From a virus (Duplodnaviria; Caudoviricetes), in the IMG/VR virus record IMGVR_UViG_3300017767_000010, positions 1 to 60,141 of that record: 60,141 bases of DNA. One strand, 5' to 3'. Both the position numbers and the translations under genes were made by a program. The notes under the pieces are model-generated. The model was given only the letters and a program-made list of their open reading frames with translations, did no database searches and had not been told where the DNA came from. This document shows positions 48,983 to 58,191 of the stretch, one piece after another. Positions within the stretch are counted from its first letter, which is position 1, and each line of letters opens with the position of its first letter.

Positions 48983-49258
48983 CTAATATGTAATATCCCA
49001 ATCTTTACCTGTGTTATCTGATGTCCAACTAGATTCAGGATATTTAGTTAGCTTTTTGTTTTCTTCAAATAATACAGCTCTAGCTTTTTCAATATAATTA
49101 GCAGCATCCATAAGCTCTTCTTGTAAATGATTAAGCCAAGCGTCTAATGGTTGATCATCTTTATCTAAACCTACACCATATTTTTTGTAACCTGCTTCAG
49201 CACGTTTTTGAATCTTTTCAATTACGCGATTAATTATTTTGTCGTTTATCTTACTCAT
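48983..49258 (-). CDS. MazG-like all-alpha NTP pyrophosphatase
   Basis: G.KKYG...WL.HLQEELMDA..Y. Confidence 0.6.
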   Translation of the reverse strand: MSKINDKIINRVIEKIQKRAEAGYKKYGVGLDKDDQPLDAWLNHLQEELMDAANYIEKARAVLFEENKKLTKYPESSWTSDNTGKDWDITY

Positions 49259-50009
49259 CTTTTACAAATGTTCCGTTAACCATTTTACCTGTTCGTTTTG
49301 AAATAACATTAAATGAAGAATCAATACAATCTTCAATTTTAAATCCTTCAAGCTCTGAAAGATTTGCAAGCACTATTACCATATCACCAATAGCATCTTG
49401 TATTTCATCTTTATCTTGTTTTAATAATGCTTGAGCAAGCTCACCTGCTTCTTCCATTAATTTAACATACTGTGTTTTACTATCACCTTTTTGATAAAGG
49501 TTACGTTGTTTAGCCCAGCTTCTTATTTTATTAAAAGATGAATCATTATTAGAAAATGCTTCTATAAAAGCTTTATTATATATGTAGCATGTACCTGGCC
49601 CAAATTGGCTAGCATGTACATTAGCTAATATCCAATCTATATATTCTTGTTTGTTTAATTCAAATGTATCTTCAGCAAATTTTAATACTATATTTCTTAA
49701 AAATTCAGCATTAATATCACTAGGCGATATTTTAAATGTTGTTGTTGCTTGTGATGAGCTATGTTTATTCATTTTTTTAGTAAATAAATCTTTATATAAT
49801 TTAATATCTTTTTTATATTTAAGTTCTTCTTGCAAAGTTCTTTCAGCTTCTGAAGCCTCTACTATATCATCTGTTTCATATAGTATATCGTATTCACCAG
49901 GTTTATAACCTTGTTCTTTTTCTACACGTTTTTTAATATTAGTTGTACAACCAATCTTAACTCCAGGTATATGGTATATTTTGTACTTACCGCTTTTTAG
50001 TTCTATCAT
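49251..50009 (-). CDS. GIY-YIG-like domain fused to MazG pyrophosphatase
   Basis: N-terminal YKIYH...KIGCT.N...R; C-terminal KLMEEAGELA...DAIGD...GTFVK. Confidence 0.8.
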   Translation of the reverse strand: MIELKSGKYKIYHIPGVKIGCTTNIKKRVEKEQGYKPGEYDILYETDDIVEASEAERTLQEELKYKKDIKLYKDLFTKKMNKHSSSQATTTFKISPSDINAEFLRNIVLKFAEDTFELNKQEYIDWILANVHASQFGPGTCYIYNKAFIEAFSNNDSSFNKIRSWAKQRNLYQKGDSKTQYVKLMEEAGELAQALLKQDKDEIQDAIGDMVIVLANLSELEGFKIEDCIDSSFNVISKRTGKMVNGTFVKDE

Positions 50010-50830
50010 GTATTTAATTTTGCTTTAATTGGTGGGTGTGGATTATAATTTTTTATTTTAATCATATCTGATGTAGGTATCACTATAAACTCACGTGGTC
50101 CTTGTTCAACAGTAAGTCCGAGAGAAATATCAACATTAGGTAGTTTCCTAAAATCATTATTAAGTTGTTGTTTAGCTTGCTCGATATGGTTGCTATACAA
50201 ATGACAATCACCAAGGGAAGCAATAAGCTGACCTTCTTTATAGCCATTCCCTTTAGCAAGTAACTTAAGTAATAAACCATACATTGCAATATCATAAGGC
50301 AACCCAAGGAAAACATCAACTGATCGTTGTTGCCACATAAGATTAATTTTTCCATCATTTATATATATTTGAAAACCATAGTGGCAAGGAGGTAACACCA
50401 TATCATCCATATCATTGGGATTCCATAAGCTTGCCATAATGCGCCGCGAGCTTGGCTCTTCTTTAATTTGGATGAGTATTCGTTTAAGCTGATCAATACC
50501 ATTAAAGTCCCTAAGCTGCTTGCCGTAAATAGGACCAAGCGTGCCGTCAGTTCTACCTGATCTATTATAATCAGCATCCCAGTAACTAACACCATTAGAC
50601 TGAAGGTAATGAATATCAGTACGACCTTGTAATATCCATAATAGTTCCGTAACTGCATGTTTAAAATATATTTTTTTAGTTGTTAATAATGGAAAGCCAA
50701 GTGACATATCGTGCTTTATTGTTCTACCAAATACAGATTTAGTACCTGTACCTGTTCGATCTTCTTTTGCTTTGCCACTATATAATACACCAGCTAATAA
50801 GCCTCTATATTCATCTTGTATGTTTATCAT
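50006..50830 (-). CDS. thyA: thymidylate synthase
   Basis: DRTGTGT, FPLLTTKK, LPPCH, QRSVDVFLGLPYD, GDCHLY; start 50830 preferred. Confidence 0.96.
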   Translation of the reverse strand: MINIQDEYRGLLAGVLYSGKAKEDRTGTGTKSVFGRTIKHDMSLGFPLLTTKKIYFKHAVTELLWILQGRTDIHYLQSNGVSYWDADYNRSGRTDGTLGPIYGKQLRDFNGIDQLKRILIQIKEEPSSRRIMASLWNPNDMDDMVLPPCHYGFQIYINDGKINLMWQQRSVDVFLGLPYDIAMYGLLLKLLAKGNGYKEGQLIASLGDCHLYSNHIEQAKQQLNNDFRKLPNVDISLGLTVEQGPREFIVIPTSDMIKIKNYNPHPPIKAKLNT

Positions 50831-51098
50831 AATAGTATTTACACATTTTATAATATTCAGGCCATATAGTATGTTTATCATAAACACTTGGTGAAAAACT
50901 TATAGTCTCGCCTTTCTTATATAAACCAAAAGCAATTGCTATTTTCCATTTACCAGGTTCTTGATGTATACCATAAGGTGATATTCTTATATTATTATCA
51001 ACACAATGTTTTTGCCATGTTTCTTCTTCTATACTAGTTGAGTAGGACGGCATTTTATATGCATTCTTTTTTCCTCTGCCTACTAATCCACTTCCCAT
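50811..51098 (-). CDS. hypothetical protein
   Basis: 95 aa overlapping both neighbours. Confidence 0.7.
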   Translation of the reverse strand: MGSGLVGRGKKNAYKMPSYSTSIEEETWQKHCVDNNIRISPYGIHQEPGKWKIAIAFGLYKKGETISFSPSVYDKHTIWPEYYKMCKYYYDKHTR

Positions 51099-52792
51099 GG
51101 CATATCATTTTTTATTTGTTGTGTTATTGGTATATAGTTACCGCTTACTTTATCCCATGTAAAATGTGCTTCAGCTTGATTCTCACCTAAGTTTTGAAAC
51201 TTTACTTTAAGAACTTTAACTTTTACAGTTTGCTTTTCATAATCTCTATGCACGAGCAATCCGTGATAAGATGCATCATACCATTCACCACCACCTTTAA
51301 TATTATACATATTAGGTTCGTCAATAGTACCATCATCTTTCTTATACATTTTAGTGGGATGAGCTACAACAATAACAAGTACATCATGCTTCTTAGCAAA
51401 AGCTTCAACTCTAGTTAAGTATTCCATAGTAGCATCTGTAATACTCATATTACTAGCACCATTCATCTTAACTTTATTATAAGGGTCTATAACTAAACAC
51501 TTTATACCTTTACGTTTTACAAGCTCTGCACCTTTCTCTAAAACAGAATCTAAATCATATCTTTCATTTTCTATAAAGAAAAAGTTATTGTTAACTACAT
51601 CAGTTACTTCATTCCATTTATCAGAACCTATATCTGTTTCTCTTGGCATCCAACCACCTATTTTACGAATAAGCTTATGACCATGTAGAAACGTAGGTTT
51701 ATTTTCTGGTGAAGCAAAAGCTGTTTTCCAACCATATTTTAAATAATAACCTATAATCATTCTATCTACAAAATCTGATTTACCTGAACTAGGTACACCT
51801 GTTACTGTAATAAACTGACCGGTATATGTTGAAAATATATTATCAAAAGGCTCTAACCCGATTTGATAACCGGGTTTGAAACCTTCTTTAATAAACTCTT
51901 TTAATTCATTACTTACATCTGATAATGTTAAAACATTTTCAAGAGGGACGGGGCTAGCATTATTAATGATGCCAGCAAGCATGTCGCTCCCATTGTGAAT
52001 AAGAAATTCATTAGCGTCTTTGTGATTACCGAAGTCGATCGTATAGCACGCTTCTGCTCCGAGTCTTCGAATAAGTTCTTGCTTAAGATTTTCTCCTGCC
52101 TCATCCTGATCAACTGCGAGAATGATTTTTTCTTTTGATTCAAAATAATCAATGCAGTTGTCCAAGTAATCAAGGTTAGTGTTATTAATTGTAGCTCCGT
52201 TTGGGACGCTAACCACTGAATCAATCCCAGCTTCAATAAAAGATAAAGCGTCAATCTCTCCTTCCACAATAACCACATATCTATGACTAAGAGTAGAATC
52301 AATATTATAAAATATTTTTTCTGCCCCTTTAACAAGTTTAAAATTTTTTCTTCCATCTCTATACTTTATGTTTGTTAATTCGTTATTAATAAAGTAATTA
52401 AATTGGATTGTGTTTTCTTTTTGTCCTGTCTGTGGCATATATTCTAATCCTTCAGATACTTTCATTTTATCTAAAGTACTTTCTGATATACCACGCTGTT
52501 TAAACCATTGAATAACTTTATTACTTAGTTTAGTATTTGTAATAGGTTCCGGCTTAACATATTCTTTATCAGGGTTTTTCCTTTTAAAGGTATGTAGCTG
52601 GAATGTATTATTACAATTATGACAAGTTCCAAGACCACGTTTCCAGTCGTAAGATGCACATTTCTTTTTCTGGTTAGCAGGTTTCCTGTCAGCAGAGCAA
52701 AGAGGACAAACGCCCTCTTGCTCACCAACTTTAAGATTATATTGATTAAATATATCTATATCGAAACCATTAATCTCGATGTCATTTATCAT
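51083..52792 (-). CDS. primase-helicase (T7 gp4/Twinkle-like)
   Basis: CPLC...CHNC zinc finger, TOPRIM EGEIDALS and D.DEAG, Walker A GVPSSGKS, VIDP, VAHP. Confidence 0.93.
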   Translation of the reverse strand: MINDIEINGFDIDIFNQYNLKVGEQEGVCPLCSADRKPANQKKKCASYDWKRGLGTCHNCNNTFQLHTFKRKNPDKEYVKPEPITNTKLSNKVIQWFKQRGISESTLDKMKVSEGLEYMPQTGQKENTIQFNYFINNELTNIKYRDGRKNFKLVKGAEKIFYNIDSTLSHRYVVIVEGEIDALSFIEAGIDSVVSVPNGATINNTNLDYLDNCIDYFESKEKIILAVDQDEAGENLKQELIRRLGAEACYTIDFGNHKDANEFLIHNGSDMLAGIINNASPVPLENVLTLSDVSNELKEFIKEGFKPGYQIGLEPFDNIFSTYTGQFITVTGVPSSGKSDFVDRMIIGYYLKYGWKTAFASPENKPTFLHGHKLIRKIGGWMPRETDIGSDKWNEVTDVVNNNFFFIENERYDLDSVLEKGAELVKRKGIKCLVIDPYNKVKMNGASNMSITDATMEYLTRVEAFAKKHDVLVIVVAHPTKMYKKDDGTIDEPNMYNIKGGGEWYDASYHGLLVHRDYEKQTVKVKVLKVKFQNLGENQAEAHFTWDKVSGNYIPITQQIKNDMPWEVD

Positions 52793-52793
52793 A

Positions 52794-53105
52794 CTAAAAT
52801 GGTAAATCTGGTTCTTGTTCCTTAGGAGTATTCATTTGCATCGCCGGTTGACCATCTCTTGGTGGTGGATCTGGAAATGAACCATTACTCCATACTACTT
52901 GCACATTACCTAAATAAACTTTATCAACTTTTGATTCTCTTTCTTCTTTAGATTGAGAAACAATCATTGGCCCTTGATTATTAAATTGATCAACCTCATC
53001 GTTAACCGTTATAGTGATAGGTAAATACTTACCTTTCTTACCATCAATAATCTTATCTTTAGGTATTGCAGATAAATTAATACTTCCTTTTACAATACCT
53101 GCCAT
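52794..53105 (-). CDS. putative single-stranded DNA-binding protein
   Basis: 103 aa; GKKGKYL.I.I...D.F...YLGN; acidic DLPF C-terminus. Confidence 0.7.
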   Translation of the reverse strand: MAGIVKGSINLSAIPKDKIIDGKKGKYLPITITVNDEVDQFNNQGPMIVSQSKEERESKVDKVYLGNVQVVWSNGSFPDPPPRDGQPAMQMNTPKEQEPDLPF

Positions 53106-53272
53106 TAATAACTATTTATTTGAGTGAATAATCTTCTAAGCTGATCTTTGTTCGCGCCTGTAGTTCTTCTTAAGTTGTCTACAGCTTTAACATGCGATTG
53201 ATTAGAATAAAAGTTTTTTGTATTTGTAGTTATACCTGTAACATCACAGGTCATTTTTTTAGTTCTTGCCAT
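53105..53272 (-). CDS. small hypothetical protein (55 aa)
   Basis: Hand translation MARTKKMTCDVTG...QLRRLFTQINSY; TAATG coupling. Confidence 0.7.
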   Translation of the reverse strand: MARTKKMTCDVTGITTNTKNFYSNQSHVKAVDNLRRTTGANKDQLRRLFTQINSY

Positions 53273-53288
53273 ATTAAATTAATTTAAA

Positions 53289-54020
53289 TTAAAGTGTTTT
53301 TGAAATATAAAATTGTGTTAAATCAAATTGCTCATCACCGAAAAATTCATTATAAGCTTGGGCTGCTCTTGCAACTTTATTTTGTCCTGATTGCAGGAAA
53401 TCACTGCTGCAGTCATATAAACCTAATTGATGTGTTTTTTTATCTACTACTATAAACACTAGCTCATAGCCAAACAGTTTAGAATATATATAAGCTTGGC
53501 TGTCATAATTAAATTTATATGCACTAGAACGAAATGAATCGATCGATGATGTAGTTTTTAAATCTACTATTAGTTGTTGTGTATGGTTAATAATATCTGC
53601 TTTACCTTTCCATGTCACACCTTCTAATTCGGTGACACCCGGAACCTCATAATCAACTTTACCTTCTTGTATTAAGTCTTTAAATAATTCAACTTCAAGG
53701 ACTCTCTCACGCATGTTCTGAATAGAATCCGCTTCATGCTCTAACAAACATATCTCGCCGCCGGAGAGTTCTTTGTAGACTTTTGTGTTCCTTGTTGTTG
53801 CGTTAATTATTTTATACTTATCTAGTTTATGAGGTTCGAGTATACACGTATGAAAATAACCACCTATTGCAAAAGCAGTAGAAGGTTCACTAGGCTTCTT
53901 AAAATCAAGAGGATTATTTAATAGTGCTCTTATGTCACTATTAGAAAGAAACTGTTTACCATAATCACCATAATAGTGTTCATCAGATTTTAGTTTCTTT
54001 AATATTTCCTCTTTATTCAT
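53289..54020 (-). CDS. PD-(D/E)xK exonuclease (RecE/ExoVIII-like)
   Basis: LSNSDI, G.YFH..ILEP, KGKADI...DLKTT, YDSQAYIY. Confidence 0.85.
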   Translation of the reverse strand: MNKEEILKKLKSDEHYYGDYGKQFLSNSDIRALLNNPLDFKKPSEPSTAFAIGGYFHTCILEPHKLDKYKIINATTRNTKVYKELSGGEICLLEHEADSIQNMRERVLEVELFKDLIQEGKVDYEVPGVTELEGVTWKGKADIINHTQQLIVDLKTTSSIDSFRSSAYKFNYDSQAYIYSKLFGYELVFIVVDKKTHQLGLYDCSSDFLQSGQNKVARAAQAYNEFFGDEQFDLTQFYISKTL

Positions 54021-54594
54021 TTACAAGCTCAGTCCTAGCTTCACTGGTTATTGTATATTTATCTTCAAGTGTCTTCATTAATCCACCATTAGATAAAAAT
54101 TTCTTTGCCTGTTCTATATTAGCTTTATTAATTAATGGTTTTTTAGTTGCTGCTATCTTAGTTTCTAAATTTTGAACTTTAGATTTAAACGATGTGTCTT
54201 GTCCGTGTACATTTGTAGCATCCGCATCTGCAGTATCATCAATTAATAATAAATTACCCAGCGCATATTTTTTACCATATGAGGACGCACTACCAAATCT
54301 CTGTGGCATTTGCTGTCCTTTAGCATTTAAATCAATACCAACTATCGCTGTAGCTTCTATTGTATCGCCTGATTCAGCATCAACAATGTTAGCTGTTGAA
54401 TGTATTATAGGAAAATCTCCCATAGTTAAGTTTTCTTTAACTATAAAATAAACGCCATACTTTTCATTTAATGGCTTTAATGATTCAAGTATATCTTCAG
54501 CCGATCTAAAGTTATACTTACCAAAAGCATTATAACGAGACTTTCTGGATTTAAATTCATATTGTATTCTACTTAATTTTTCTCGTATATTCAT
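54013..54594 (-). CDS. ERF family ssDNA-annealing protein
   Basis: Y.FRSAEDIL, Q.FGSASSYGKKYAL...DD..DAD. Confidence 0.88.
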   Translation of the reverse strand: MNIREKLSRIQYEFKSRKSRYNAFGKYNFRSAEDILESLKPLNEKYGVYFIVKENLTMGDFPIIHSTANIVDAESGDTIEATAIVGIDLNAKGQQMPQRFGSASSYGKKYALGNLLLIDDTADADATNVHGQDTSFKSKVQNLETKIAATKKPLINKANIEQAKKFLSNGGLMKTLEDKYTITSEARTELVNE

Positions 54595-54832
54595 AATTAG
54601 TTGTTTTGTGCCACTTTTTATTTTTCATTTTTAATTGTCTAATTGCATACTTTTTATCTTTATAATACAAATTATGATAAAGGGCATCGCCATGCAATTG
54701 TGTATCAGTATCTTTTTTATCATCTGTCGATGTATCGATGTTAAAATAACTTAGTGCTTCAGATAGATTTGAAGTATCACCTCTATCTATTGCATCATCT
54801 TCAATGTCGTAAAGTATATGTTTATGTTCCAT
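54569..54832 (-). CDS. hypothetical protein
   Basis: 87-aa ORF with AT-rich leader. Confidence 0.6.
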   Translation of the reverse strand: MEHKHILYDIEDDAIDRGDTSNLSEALSYFNIDTSTDDKKDTDTQLHGDALYHNLYYKDKKYAIRQLKMKNKKWHKTTNYEYTRKIK

Positions 54833-54871
54833 TGTCTTATTATATATTACATAAAAAACTAGTAATGTATA

Positions 54872-55603
54872 CTATTTTTCTAAAAATTTTTCAATTATTT
54901 CTTTTACTTCAATTTGTTTTAATTTTTGCAAAGCTTTAGCTTTTGTTTTCTTAATCCATACAATTGATTTGTTATATTTTTCAGCTATTCTAGCTAAACT
55001 TACTTTTCTATCGAATGGTTCATCTATACCATAAAACATGCATATAATATCTTTTTCAAAAGGTGTTAAAAATATATTCATAACATCATTTAAATGTTCA
55101 TTTAATCTATCATTATTATAATTTGATATTTGATCAACTACATCCATATAATGCGCATTGAAAAATGATGCAAATGTTCTAGTTAAGAATATATCCATTT
55201 GATAGTTTAAATCATATTTACCTTCATATGCAGCTCCGTGAGGCTTTAACTTATAATATGCCTCAGGAATCCTAATAGTATCTCTATCGTGAGCTATGGC
55301 TCGTTTAATGCCGTTTTTAATATTAATTTTAATATAATTAATTATAATACCAGTTTGTTCTTCTTCTGGTGCTGCATTAATCATATTCCAATCAAGTTTT
55401 AACCAAGCTCTATAAAAACAATAATAGCCTTCCTGTAATAAATCATTTAAATCTAATATACCTATCCTGTTCCATGACCTTTCAAATGAATTAGCCAAAC
55501 TTCTTGGCCATTGTATATAAGGCATATGGTCGGGGTCTATTAGCTTACCGCTGTCTATTTCTTTTAAATGAAATTTATATGTTGGGTGGCTATACCACTT
55601 CAT
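54872..55603 (-). CDS. sigma-70-like RNA polymerase sigma factor
   Basis: DLLQEG (region 2), TIRIP, LTPFEKDII...SL..IA...KAL.KLK (region 4). Confidence 0.85.
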   Translation of the reverse strand: MKWYSHPTYKFHLKEIDSGKLIDPDHMPYIQWPRSLANSFERSWNRIGILDLNDLLQEGYYCFYRAWLKLDWNMINAAPEEEQTGIIINYIKINIKNGIKRAIAHDRDTIRIPEAYYKLKPHGAAYEGKYDLNYQMDIFLTRTFASFFNAHYMDVVDQISNYNNDRLNEHLNDVMNIFLTPFEKDIICMFYGIDEPFDRKVSLARIAEKYNKSIVWIKKTKAKALQKLKQIEVKEIIEKFLEK

Positions 55604-55702
55604 CTTCTATTTCTTTTTTTAGGTTTTCTAAATTCTTTAATTTTTGTTGCTATTTCGAATTTGTTCGTGTATAGCAAATGTTTATATATTTTTTTACTCA
55701 TA

Positions 55703-55861
55703 TTAATCCATTTTATGAATCCAAGTTAATCCTTTACTATTATACCACAACCATTTATTTTTGTCGTGCTTATCAAAACTTGGTGGTATGTCACCAATTA
55801 AATAAGGTTTAAATTCAAACCTTATGCCTATTCTAGTTGATTTTAATTTTTTGTTTTTCAT
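55703..55861 (-). CDS. small hypothetical protein (52 aa)
   Basis: Hand translation MKNKKLK...FKPYLIGDIPPSF...W.WYNSKGLTWI. Confidence 0.6.
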   Translation of the reverse strand: MKNKKLKSTRIGIRFEFKPYLIGDIPPSFDKHDKNKWLWYNSKGLTWIHKMD

Positions 55862-56016
55862 ATTACATCTTTAATTGTTATTTCATCAAACCATTCCCAT
55901 TCAGCACCAGCATAACTATTAAGTATTGAATTAATAGTTTGTTCTTGTACTTTATGAGACACATCGGTATTAATTATATAAACTTTATTATTTACTATTA
56001 GTTTTCCTAAACTCAT
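55858..56016 (-). CDS. small hypothetical protein (52 aa)
   Basis: Hand translation MSLGKLIVNN...EWFDEITIKDVI; ATGA overlap. Confidence 0.55.
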   Translation of the reverse strand: MSLGKLIVNNKVYIINTDVSHKVQEQTINSILNSYAGAEWEWFDEITIKDVI

Positions 56017-56092
56017 TTATTAATTATTAACCCAATTATACATATTAGAATCCACATTAATCCTAGACCTAATATAATTATATCTTCATTCA

Positions 56093-56335
56093 TTATTTAT
56101 ATTTTTGATACATTACAAATACAATAACCTTAAGCATAGTACCTGCCATAACACCAACAGCTATTGTTAATTTTATTTGAACAATTGACGCAATCATAAA
56201 AATTGTTACAGCATCAAATGCAAACATTATAGGCATAAGCATTACTAATCCTTGTTTAAGTTTAAGTGTATCGCCTAGCAAAGCTACTACATATGCCGAT
56301 AATGCAAATAGAAAAGCAATAGAAAAACTACTCAT
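56093..56335 (-). CDS. small multi-TM membrane protein
   Basis: MSSFSIAFLFAL...; start 56335 preferred. Confidence 0.65.
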   Translation of the reverse strand: MSSFSIAFLFALSAYVVALLGDTLKLKQGLVMLMPIMFAFDAVTIFMIASIVQIKLTIAVGVMAGTMLKVIVFVMYQKYK

Positions 56336-57164
56336 AGTTTCTAATTGTTTTAGCTCTTGGAAATCTGTAAGCTCCGGCTGGAGTTCTTTCAAAGAATTCA
56401 AATGTTAATAGCTTACCGATATATTCTTTTCTTGCTTGCCACATTTGTTTTCTGTTTTCAATAGTTAGTGTAGGCCAAGGTATTTCAACTTCTCTACCGT
56501 CTTTATCAAGAGCTAGCCACTTACCAAGACCTTTAGCAAACTTGCCTTTACCTTCAACATAACCTGTAATAGTTGCTTCAGTATCCGACCAGTCTTTTAC
56601 TTTTTGTAGTGTGTAACTTCGTTTTTGTTCATATAAGCTATTTGTTCTAAGCATTGAGCCTTCGTAGCCGTTTGCTTTGTTTTGTTTGTGGTATTTGTTT
56701 AGTTTATCATCATTACAAACTACTTTAGTATCAACTTCATGAGTGAACTTAAGTTTATATTTGCTTTTAAGATTTGTAATAGCAAGTGTACGATCAATAA
56801 ATTTTAGATAACTAGAAAATAAGTCGTAGCAATGGAACTGTAAATAACTTGCTGACTCAAATTTATCAGCTTGTGTTGGCTTTTGCTTTTTAACAAGTGA
56901 TATAATTTTATTAAAATTATTTTTAAACTTATGATTGTAAAGCTCACCATCGAGGATAAGAAAAGGATTATCAGCAAAAAGTGGTTTAAGCTCAGTTAGT
57001 ATATGTTTACAATTGTGGAATTGCTTACCGTTTCTACTATGAGCTCCGTAGCGTGTAATAATGCATCGTACACCGTCGAGCTTTGGCTGAATAAAATGTG
57101 TTTCATCTTGCCAGTTGATTGTTTTAGATACTGGATGAGCCAGCATTGGTTTAAAGTTTGTCAT
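56328..57164 (-). CDS. ATP-dependent DNA ligase
   Basis: PMLA, QPKLDGVR, LDGELY, EGSMLR, KVK, RFP motifs; start 57164 preferred. Confidence 0.93.
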   Translation of the reverse strand: MTNFKPMLAHPVSKTINWQDETHFIQPKLDGVRCIITRYGAHSRNGKQFHNCKHILTELKPLFADNPFLILDGELYNHKFKNNFNKIISLVKKQKPTQADKFESASYLQFHCYDLFSSYLKFIDRTLAITNLKSKYKLKFTHEVDTKVVCNDDKLNKYHKQNKANGYEGSMLRTNSLYEQKRSYTLQKVKDWSDTEATITGYVEGKGKFAKGLGKWLALDKDGREVEIPWPTLTIENRKQMWQARKEYIGKLLTFEFFERTPAGAYRFPRAKTIRNYE

Positions 57165-57444
57165 ATTCTTTTTTAATTCTGTCATATATTTCATTTAATT
57201 CTATTACTAATTCGTATTTTTCATCAGCTAATAACTTAGCTCTTTTAATATCTAAATCTATTAATTGAGCTTTTAGCATATCTTTTTTAGTAGGATGTTT
57301 AATATTACCAAACCCATCTGTTTCAGCCTCAAAGAATTCTTTAGGTGTCATAGGTTTAAAGTCTTGTTGTATTCTAGCATCAAAAGCTAATAATATTTTA
57401 TCAGCTACTAATTGTGATAGTTTTTCTAAATCTTCAGGAGTCAT
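57151..57444 (-). CDS. hypothetical protein, UVR-like C-terminus
   Basis: 97 aa; EKYELVIEL. Confidence 0.65.
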   Translation of the reverse strand: MTPEDLEKLSQLVADKILLAFDARIQQDFKPMTPKEFFEAETDGFGNIKHPTKKDMLKAQLIDLDIKRAKLLADEKYELVIELNEIYDRIKKEYDKL

Positions 57445-57670
57445 TGTTTACTATTATATTGTACATATATTTTAACAACTGTTGTTTTCTAGTTAAGCAT
57501 TCAATTTGCTTAGCTATTTCTTCTTTAGTAGGCCCAAAGAATGAATCAGGAGTCATATTTTTCCAGTCTTTTATTTTTTCATCTAAAGGACCTTGTCTAC
57601 TCATAATGTATATAAGTGCTTGACCTTTCAAATCGTCGTGGTCAAGCTTTAAGTGTTTGTCTTTCAGCAT
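57434..57670 (-). CDS. hypothetical protein
   Basis: 78-aa ORF. Confidence 0.65.
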   Translation of the reverse strand: MLKDKHLKLDHDDLKGQALIYIMSRQGPLDEKIKDWKNMTPDSFFGPTKEEIAKQIECLTRKQQLLKYMYNIIVNNDS

Positions 57671-57680
57671 TTTAATTTAT

Positions 57681-58025
57681 TTAATAAATTGGTTCATCTT
57701 CTCTTACATTCAACCAGTTAAGAACTTCTTCTTCAGGTAAGAAAGCTTCAGTGTCAATATATATTTTAACTTCTTCACCATAACCTAAATCGTGGCATGT
57801 TTCTTCTATTCTATCCATAATAGTATCGAATTGAGGTTCATAATAATACACATCATTTTCCCAATCAATGTTTCTAGCATCATTTGTCATAACATATAAT
57901 GTATAATCATCAGCAGTATACCACTCAGATAATTCTAAGTCGGGGTTTCTCAACTCATCTTTAATTACAACTATACTATCATACTTATTGCCTAAGTATT
58001 TTTCTAATTTTTCTATATAATCCAT
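57681..58025 (-). CDS. acidic hypothetical protein
   Basis: MDYIEK... start at 58025, downstream of tRNA-Gly. Confidence 0.7.
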   Translation of the reverse strand: MDYIEKLEKYLGNKYDSIVVIKDELRNPDLELSEWYTADDYTLYVMTNDARNIDWENDVYYYEPQFDTIMDRIEETCHDLGYGEEVKIYIDTEAFLPEEEVLNWLNVREDEPIY

Positions 58026-58045
58026 TTTATTTAATTTAAAGTTAG

Positions 58046-58118
58046 AGCGAAAAGTGGGCCTCGAACCCACAACCTTTAGATTGGAAATCTAATGCTCTGC
58101 CAATTGAGCTATTTTCGC
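58046..58118 (-). tRNA. tRNA-Gly(TCC)
   Basis: GCGAAAA/TTTTCGC acceptor, GCTC/GAGC D stem, TTAGA-TTTCCAA-TCTAA anticodon arm, GTGGG-TTCGAGG-CCCAC T arm, U73; CCA not encoded. Confidence 0.93.
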
Positions 58119-58122
58119 ATAA

Positions 58123-58185
58123 GGAGACGACGGTTTGATTGCATTGATATTTTAAATTGTATCGCGCTCAGGTATATTCGTCTCC
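58123..58185 (-). ncRNA. candidate structured small RNA between the tRNAs
   Basis: GGAGACGA/TCGTCTCC terminal stem with internal TGA/TCA, GCG/TGC and GATA/TATC pairings. Confidence 0.35.
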
Positions 58186-58191
58186 AATTTA

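Noticed and set aside
44493-57623. Plus-strand ORFs under the replication arm (e.g. 44605-45072, 45277-45822)
   Set aside because: Antisense to nrdA and other clear genes, with no independent motifs.
58026-58070. N-terminal extension of ORF 57681-58070
   Set aside because: Runs into tRNA-Gly; ATG at 58025 is the plausible start.
58123-58185. tmRNA or suppressor tRNA reading of the inter-tRNA element
   Set aside because: Too short, with no T-arm, tag ORF or canonical anticodon arm.
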